64,000 bases of DNA from Candidatus Moraniibacteriota bacterium. Lineage in GTDB: Bacteria > Patescibacteriota > Minisyncoccia > Moranbacterales > GCA-2747515. The stretch is taken from the NCBI GenBank assembly GCA_038208115.1, contig JBBQZC010000001.1, positions 77,977 to 141,976 of the forward strand. Reading direction: 5' to 3'. Below the pieces are notes generated by a model. It had not been told where the DNA came from and searched no databases. It saw only the letters and a program-made list of their open reading frames with translations. A program made the position numbers and the translations under genes. Positions 57,622 to 64,000 of this stretch are shown piece by piece; the stretch's first letter is position 1, and every line of letters starts with the position of its first letter.

Positions 57622-58662
57622 TTAAAAAATCGATTGATTATCGGTTGTATGCCTTTTCATATCAGCATCGACCATCATTTTGCATAATTCTTCCAACGTA
57701 ACCTTTGGTTCCCATCCAAGAGCTTTCTTTACCCTACTTGCATCACCGATCAATAATTCAACCTCCGCAGGTCGATAATATTTTGGATTGATCTTTATGA
57801 TTATTTTATCGTTCTCAGCATCAATGCCAATTTCTTCAATACCCTCACCTTTCCATTCAAGTTTGATCTTGAGTGCTTTGCATGTCATATTAATAAAATC
57901 TCGGACCGTTTCCGTGCGACCCGTTGCCAAAACAAAAGTGTCTGGCTGCTTTGCCTGGAGCATCATGTGCATACCTTTCACATACTCCTTTGCATAACCC
58001 CAATCACGTTTTGCATCAAGATTACCAAGCTCCAAAAAATCCATTTTACCAAGTTTAACTTTAACAAGACCATCTGTAATCTTTCGCGTGACAAATTCTA
58101 AACCGCGCAATGGCGATTCATGATTGAATAAGATACCACTTGATGCAAAAATGTTATACGACTCACGATAGTTTACCGTCATCCAATGTGCATATAATTT
58201 TGCCACACCATATGGACTGCGCGGATAAAACGGTGTTGATTCCTTCTGTGGCACTTCTTGTACCTTGCCAAACATTTCCGATGTTGAAGCTTGGTAATAT
58301 TTAATACCTCTGTCCACTATACGAATCGCCTCCAAAAGATGTACAGCTCCAAGACCCGTAATCTGAGCAGTCGCAATTGGCTGTTCGAATGAAACCCCCA
58401 CAAAACTCTGCGCGGCCAAATTGTAAATTTCATCAGGACGTACTTGCTCCAAGAGTCGAATACTCGAACCCAAGTCAGTGAGATCATATTCGACCAAATG
58501 TAGATTTTCATGCTCTGTAATGCCAAGCTCTTGAATACGCCAAAAATTCGCTGAACTCGTTCTGCGATATGTACCATAAACATCATATCCTTCTTTCAAT
58601 AAAAGTTCTGCCAAATATGCTCCATCTTGACCCGTGACACCCGTAATAATTGCCTTTTTCAT
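57622..58662 (-). CDS. gmd: GDP-mannose 4,6-dehydratase
   Basis: [36 protein letters not shown] matches the Gmd N-terminus. Full-length conservation. Start set at the internal Met (58662), which has GGAGA 9 nt upstream; the track ORF extends to 58677. Confidence 0.85.
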   Translation of the reverse strand: MKKAIITGVTGQDGAYLAELLLKEGYDVYGTYRRTSSANFWRIQELGITEHENLHLVEYDLTDLGSSIRLLEQVRPDEIYNLAAQSFVGVSFEQPIATAQITGLGAVHLLEAIRIVDRGIKYYQASTSEMFGKVQEVPQKESTPFYPRSPYGVAKLYAHWMTVNYRESYNIFASSGILFNHESPLRGLEFVTRKITDGLVKVKLGKMDFLELGNLDAKRDWGYAKEYVKGMHMMLQAKQPDTFVLATGRTETVRDFINMTCKALKIKLEWKGEGIEEIGIDAENDKIIIKINPKYYRPAEVELLIGDASRVKKALGWEPKVTLEELCKMMVDADMKRHTTDNQSIF

Positions 58663-58686
58663 ATATTTTATCTCCATATTAAATGA

Positions 58687-60459
58687 TTATAACCATCGTC
58701 CTGTAAAAAACTTCTTTTTATAAAATACGATCGTTTCCACAAAATTAAATTTTGTCGTTTGATCTTTTTTTTGCTTTTTTCTATCAATTTCAGGCACATC
58801 ACACAAAATAACCTGTGACCACCGTTCTCGAAGATGTTCAAAATTCACTGGCTTTTTAATGATTTCACGAAAAAAAACTTCTGTTTCTACTGCAACATCA
58901 TTCCATGATCGATCAAGAGTTGATTTTATCACGTAGTCTGACATAAGTCCTGTCACCAATGCGGCCAACTGTGCAAACTGATCAAAAAAAACAGCTTGTT
59001 CACCATCCTTCATAAATCGTCCCACAACCTCTTGATTAATCTGATTTTTAAACACAATGATCTTCTTATTATACTCGATAGCCCTAAGTATTGGCAAGCC
59101 AAATCCCTCATATTGGCTTGGAAATATGATTAGATGAGCTTTCTGATATAATTTTTGCATTACACATTCGGGCATATCACCACTATTAAAAAAATGAATA
59201 TTATCATTTTTTGATTTGCTATTTTTAAATCCAACATAGACCTGTGACACATCAAGATCTTTCAAATAACTATAAGCCTCGTTGACAGATTTATGTTTAA
59301 ATTTGTTTCCAACAACCAATATGTATTTCTTTTCAAAAATTTTTTTATATTTCTCAGTTAACGCAATAATATTACAATCATTTTTTATTTTGCCATGTGC
59401 GAGATAAGTCACACATGTTTGAAGACGATTATTATTAATAAGATGAAAGAAGTTCATTACATCATCTCGTGCTGTCTTACTTATAAAGATCATGCCATTG
59501 CCATAACGCATCAGAAAGAATCCTATACATGAAGTATATCCACCCGTATTACCAATATCAAGATATCCGCTTCTCCATAAAATAGCATCGAGGATAGATA
59601 CGACAATTCGTGGCGAAATTTTATTAAACAGACGAATATACCGCATATCAAAAATTTGTGATGGAGAAAAAACCATTTGATACAAAGGCAATTTTTCTTC
59701 ATCTTGCTCTATAAAATATACGCCCATATTTACTATAAAATTCAATTCGTAAAATGCATAAACATCTCTCGCCACAAGAACATCCACTTCATAACAATCA
59801 CTAAAACTTTGAACAAATTGCCGTAATAATGCGATAGAATATTCCGTTGTTCCATTAAATGTTGCAGTCGAGTTTTGAAGAGAAAATAAGATACGCTTTT
59901 TATCACTATTATTCTTCAAAATAGAATCAAAATGTACAGTAGGATCAATCTTAAATTGTAAAAACTGATGAATAATGTCACTGGCATTTTCATGAACATG
60001 TGCTAAATTTCGTAATTGTGAATCCGCTAGACGAGAATATTTCTTAGCCATTTGCAAATCATTTGTAAAAAACCGCGACATAATCGTGTTATAGCCGTAT
60101 GTATTAATACGAAATCCATATTCCGCAAGACACTCTCGCGCATTTATAATATTTTCATCAAAACCACCCATATTCTTAAATACAGACATTTTCACAACAA
60201 AAAAAGATTCTCTCACTGCAGGAAAAATATAATAATTATCATAAAAAGCACCGTTTTTGCATTCTGGATCATATAAATATGACACACCAATGATTGCGTG
60301 ATGTTCATTCTCTTGCATGCTCTGAGCAATACGCTCCAAAACAGATGCATCATACACATTTTCATTATCCACACACACCAGAATATCAATATCCGTATTG
60401 ATATATGCGTTTATTTGCGTAGCTAACGAACGATCAAGTTGTAAGAGATGGATTTTCAT
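58687..60459 (-). CDS. multidomain glycosyltransferase (GT2-like N-terminal region + GT4 C-terminal domain)
   Basis: C-terminal IIFPSQYEGFGLPILRAIEYNKKIIV (GT4 E-x7-E). The N-terminal ~170 aa has a GT2-like beta-alpha pattern (DILVCVDNE). Start placed at MKIHLL (60459), just downstream of the stop of 60464-62035. Confidence 0.6.
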   Translation of the reverse strand: MKIHLLQLDRSLATQINAYINTDIDILVCVDNENVYDASVLERIAQSMQENEHHAIIGVSYLYDPECKNGAFYDNYYIFPAVRESFFVVKMSVFKNMGGFDENIINARECLAEYGFRINTYGYNTIMSRFFTNDLQMAKKYSRLADSQLRNLAHVHENASDIIHQFLQFKIDPTVHFDSILKNNSDKKRILFSLQNSTATFNGTTEYSIALLRQFVQSFSDCYEVDVLVARDVYAFYELNFIVNMGVYFIEQDEEKLPLYQMVFSPSQIFDMRYIRLFNKISPRIVVSILDAILWRSGYLDIGNTGGYTSCIGFFLMRYGNGMIFISKTARDDVMNFFHLINNNRLQTCVTYLAHGKIKNDCNIIALTEKYKKIFEKKYILVVGNKFKHKSVNEAYSYLKDLDVSQVYVGFKNSKSKNDNIHFFNSGDMPECVMQKLYQKAHLIIFPSQYEGFGLPILRAIEYNKKIIVFKNQINQEVVGRFMKDGEQAVFFDQFAQLAALVTGLMSDYVIKSTLDRSWNDVAVETEVFFREIIKKPVNFEHLRERWSQVILCDVPEIDRKKQKKDQTTKFNFVETIVFYKKKFFTGRWL

Positions 60460-60463
60460 ATTT

Positions 60464-62035
60464 TTATCTTTTTTTAGAAATTTCTTCCGCCATTTTAACT
60501 GTTTTGTGAAACAGTTCCTTCGCACTTTCTGCCCATGACGTAATGTGAACATTATCAAATTTTTGTTTCACATATTTCTTTTCACCTTTTTCTATTGAAG
60601 ATATTTTTTCGACAAGTTCGGAGACATCATCAATATTGAAATATTCGATCTTATCGCCACCAACTTCATGATGAATCGGCGTATCACTTGCTAATACTGG
60701 CAAGCCAAAATATAAACTCTCGACAATCGGAAGTCCAAAACCTTCCACAATTGAAGGAAAAACGAGCATTTTTGCATTCTTATAGCAATAGACCAATTCC
60801 TCATCATCTACATCATTGAACATAAACAATCTTTTTCCATATTCTGTATGTTTGATAATACGGTCGATCAATTCATCCGTTCTCCATCCAATTTTTCCAA
60901 TAATACATAATTTTATTTGGTTATTATTATCCTCCCACAGTTTTTCAAATACATCTAGAAGAAATGCATGATTTTTTCTTGGTTCAATCGTTGATACGAT
61001 CAAATAAACTGATTTTGATGTGAATATATTTTGCAAATTTTTATGTACATGAGAAATTTCATAATCCTTTTTCTTAAGATCTGCTCCCAACATAAAATAA
61101 TCAAATAAATATTTTTGCTCAACCAAGCCTTGCTTTTTCAAATAAGATTTTACATCATTCATAACCGTCTTTGAAATCGTGATATAGCCGTCAAAAAATT
61201 CAAACGATCTCATATAATGATCACGAAAAATTTTTGAGAATCCTTCTCCACAAAATTGAGGATAGAAAATTGGGATTAAATCATACGCAACACCAATAAT
61301 AAAACACTTTTTTTTCTTAATTAATGCGATCTTGTCCCAGATATCATATTTCCAAATCGCATCAGGTAACAAAAAAATATCACCTTTTTGTATTGTTATA
61401 GCATTTCGATATGATTTTAAACAACGAGAAAGAACATTTTTTGGAAGATATCTTTTTGCGTCAACTTGAATTCTCGTTATATGCTCATATGCTAACGTGA
61501 CAGGGATGATATCGTATTTATCATTTGCACAATAAAGTTGCATACCTTTTGTGACATTTTTGACTACTCGTTGTATGCCTGTATTAACTTTTGGCTCTGC
61601 ATACACATGTGTACAATCAACATATAATCTTTTTTTACGAAATATTTTTTGATCACTTTCAATTTTTTTAACAATCATGTTTTCTGCAAGTTTCTCAATC
61701 AACACTTTCACATTTTTTTTCAAAATCTTAAACAATGTAATCAATTTAATAAGTATATGGTGTAAATAAGTCAAAAACAATCTTCTTTTACTATGTCTAG
61801 GAAAAAACAATCGAAAAATACTTCCTATTTTTTGAGCTATAAACCATTCGTTTGAAGCATAAATATTATTCAATATTCTATTCACACTTCTCAATTCAAA
61901 TTCTTTTCTCTTCAAATTTAGTTCAAGCGCTTCTTTATCAAATTGTGTTTTTTGAAGTTCTTCAAAATTCTGATTCGCTTGCAATCTAAAGGTATCAGAT
62001 ACACACACATTTTTCAGATTTTTTTTTCTATTCAT
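60464..62035 (-). CDS. glycosyltransferase family 4 with N-terminal coiled-coil/extension
   Basis: C-terminal LVFPSIVEGFGLPIVESLYFGLPVLAS. 523 aa. Confidence 0.65.
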   Translation of the reverse strand: MNRKKNLKNVCVSDTFRLQANQNFEELQKTQFDKEALELNLKRKEFELRSVNRILNNIYASNEWFIAQKIGSIFRLFFPRHSKRRLFLTYLHHILIKLITLFKILKKNVKVLIEKLAENMIVKKIESDQKIFRKKRLYVDCTHVYAEPKVNTGIQRVVKNVTKGMQLYCANDKYDIIPVTLAYEHITRIQVDAKRYLPKNVLSRCLKSYRNAITIQKGDIFLLPDAIWKYDIWDKIALIKKKKCFIIGVAYDLIPIFYPQFCGEGFSKIFRDHYMRSFEFFDGYITISKTVMNDVKSYLKKQGLVEQKYLFDYFMLGADLKKKDYEISHVHKNLQNIFTSKSVYLIVSTIEPRKNHAFLLDVFEKLWEDNNNQIKLCIIGKIGWRTDELIDRIIKHTEYGKRLFMFNDVDDEELVYCYKNAKMLVFPSIVEGFGLPIVESLYFGLPVLASDTPIHHEVGGDKIEYFNIDDVSELVEKISSIEKGEKKYVKQKFDNVHITSWAESAKELFHKTVKMAEEISKKR

Positions 62036-62054
62036 ATATTGATTTTTTTAAAAT

Positions 62055-64000
62055 CTATAATCTCCTTACTGCACACATATAACCAATTAGGTTCTTTCTT
62101 GCTGCATTCATCTCGCTCTTCGAAAGACATAAATAATCCCAAGAATCATGTATATCCACTTCGCAATCCTGCAAATTTACATGAGATAACTTTAAAAAAT
62201 CTTCCATTACAAAAGTATTTGCCATATACACTAAATTTTCCTTTCTATATACCAAATATATTTTTTTATATCTTGATATTTTTTGCATATATGTACGAAT
62301 TTGAATCAAACTTTGTGATTTATTCTTTAAATTTTTTAATTCGGTTACATCTATGTATATTCCCTTTTCCTTCCTTTTTTGATTTTTAGCTATGCATCTG
62401 GCAAAAACAATGCGAAGTTGAGATGACAAATTACAGTTACGGACATGTCGATAGAGAGATTTTTCAGCTTGAAATAAATTATCACCATAAAAATTCTCAA
62501 TGAATTTTGCATAATCTTCCATAATTTTCTTAGGTGACAACTCCTGTTGCATATACTTATTTGCGCTCTCTCTGAGTTTTTGCCGAAGAGATGATTCATT
62601 ATCACTAAAAACCTTATTAATTGCAGAAACAATTTGAACTCTAGAAAAAACATCATCAACCTTATATACACAATCATTCGGAATCTCTGCCAGTGATCCA
62701 TGATTATTTACAATTGTTGGTATATTATATGCAAGACAGTCCAATACTGCAATTGATGATTCCCCCCTCGATTGGTCTCTGAGCTGGATAGCACCATATG
62801 CTTCCATCAATTTTTTTTTGTACTCTTCCGTACCAATTCTTCCCGTAAAAAACACATTTTTACAGTTTTTCTTGAGTAAGATAGTCTTTATTTTAGAATT
62901 TTCAACATCACTCAATTCAATATGCCCTACAAAAGTAAGTTGAAAATTATTATTATTGACGAAATTACTTTCGACCCACGCATCAATTATACGCAATGCA
63001 CATTTGGTTTTTTCATTAACAATCCCAAAAACACAAATTTCTTTACAAAATTTTTTCATAAGAGAAACTTTTTTGTTCGTATTAAGCAACGCGCTCCGTC
63101 CTAATTTAGTTATTGAAACTTTATCAATTATATCTGGAAACCACTTTCCAATAATTTCATAAGCATGTCGAGAATGGACAATGACACCACACGAATTTTC
63201 AATTATTGATCTTGACATAGGATAATCCAATTGCCATTCAGGATACCGATCATTGTTATCTGTTTTGTCTAATAAACATGGAGAGTGGCCGTGACTCAAA
63301 AATAAATTATTTAAAAATGTCTCTTCCCCATTATTTGCTTGTGCCTTCCATTTTAAATACCCGCCCATAAAAACGTCATGCAAAACTACAACACCTGGAT
63401 GCATTTTTAGCACTTTCCACATATATTCATGATATCCTGAATTTCCAAAATGATATAAAATACGGTCATAATTGCTTGAGACTTTATTAAATTCACTATA
63501 ATCATAAATAGTTACTTGAGATAGGTCTCTATTCGTATTTTCTGAAATCTTAGTAAAAACATCTACTTTATATTTTTTAGCAAGTGCAGGTAAAATATCT
63601 GCAGAATAATCAGCAATTCCCGATCCATCGCGTGGCATTGGTGAAAAAAATGCAAGTCTTTTTTTAATATCAGATGTTAGTTTTAATTTATTTTTTGATA
63701 TTTTTTTATTATCCAATAAATCTAGAAATATTTTTGCACTTTTTTTCCAACTATATTTGGTAGACTGTTTTATACTATTACTTATTAATAATTCTCTGTA
63801 TCTATTATCAAGAAGTCCTTCCTCCATCTTATCCGCTATTGAAGTTATACTACTGGGATCAAATGTAAAATTATCATTTTCGACAATTTCAAGCATACTG
63901 CTAGTGTTGGATGTTATAACCGGTGCACCACACAGCATCGCTTCAAGAATGGGTAAACCAAAACCCTCGTAAAGCGACGGGAAAATAAAGAGATACGTAT
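62055..64000 (-). CDS. tandem-GT4 glycosyltransferase, 5'-partial (continues beyond the window end)
   Basis: The minus-strand frame stays open past 64000: ...FPSLYEGFGLPILEAMLCGAPVITS is a GT4 E-x7-E motif spanning the annotated 'start'. A second GT4 domain lies downstream (FFSPMPRDGSGIADY ... CLAYNIPTIVNNHGSLAEIP). Confidence 0.65.
   Translation of the reverse strand, partial: TYLFIFPSLYEGFGLPILEAMLCGAPVITSNTSSMLEIVENDNFTFDPSSITSIADKMEEGLLDNRYRELLISNSIKQSTKYSWKKSAKIFLDLLDNKKISKNKLKLTSDIKKRLAFFSPMPRDGSGIADYSADILPALAKKYKVDVFTKISENTNRDLSQVTIYDYSEFNKVSSNYDRILYHFGNSGYHEYMWKVLKMHPGVVVLHDVFMGGYLKWKAQANNGEETFLNNLFLSHGHSPCLLDKTDNNDRYPEWQLDYPMSRSIIENSCGVIVHSRHAYEIIGKWFPDIIDKVSITKLGRSALLNTNKKVSLMKKFCKEICVFGIVNEKTKCALRIIDAWVESNFVNNNNFQLTFVGHIELSDVENSKIKTILLKKNCKNVFFTGRIGTEEYKKKLMEAYGAIQLRDQSRGESSIAVLDCLAYNIPTIVNNHGSLAEIPNDCVYKVDDVFSRVQIVSAINKVFSDNESSLRQKLRESANKYMQQELSPKKIMEDYAKFIENFYGDNLFQAEKSLYRHVRNCNLSSQLRIVFARCIAKNQKRKEKGIYIDVTELKNLKNKSQSLIQIRTYMQKISRYKKIYLVYRKENLVYMANTFVMEDFLKLSHVNLQDCEVDIHDSWDYLCLSKSEMNAARKNLIGYMCAVRRL

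Overview
This is an AT-rich window (roughly mid-30s % GC by eye, not computed) that is densely coding, with many 4-nt ATGA start/stop overlaps. Gene content and style resemble a small-genome bacterium, possibly CPR/Patescibacteria-like. No rRNA, tRNA, CRISPR array or transposase was recognised. The dominant theme is cell-envelope glycosylation. At least six, probably seven, polytopic GT-C membrane glycosyltransferases of the ArnT/PMT type are present (DE-motif loops at 26640-28298, 28366-30603, 30616-32523 and 40089-41681; DQ variants at 24848-26593 and 32513-34123; probably also 1-1554). There are two DPM1/GtrB-like polyprenol-phosphate sugar synthases (GT2) and a YdjC-family deacetylase. Further glycosylation genes are UDP-glucose 6-dehydrogenase, GalE, and a Gmd plus Rmd-like pair (GDP-D-rhamnose-type). 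The locus also holds many GT4/GT2 enzymes, including multidomain fusions, a Wzx-like flippase and an LPG-synthase-TM 'flippase-like' protein. Interspersed are core cell-wall genes (a MurF-like ligase with an unusual hydrophobic N-terminus, and Ddl). There are nucleotide house-cleaning and repair genes (Nudix, Ham1/RdgB, MazG-like, a MagIII-like HhH-GPD glycosylase), a complete RtcB and a tandem-duplicated CDP-alcohol phosphatidyltransferase fusion. Several large secreted surface proteins carry FN3/CHB_HEX, TSP3 or a novel ~50-aa aromatic repeat. A small accessory/decay zone holds an AbiEii-like TA module apparently inserted at the 3' end of galE, which left a 210-bp direct repeat. That zone also contains three copies of a four-helix-bundle gene element around an AAA+ (DUF4143) ATPase, two pseudogene fragments (a HAD nucleotidase and an LMW-PTP), and a 45-bp conserved upstream motif shared by two operons. 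The most system-like novelty is a lipid-linked sugar pathway analogous to ArnC/ArnD/ArnT (GT2 -> YdjC deacetylase -> GT-C), embedded in an unusually expanded GT-C family.
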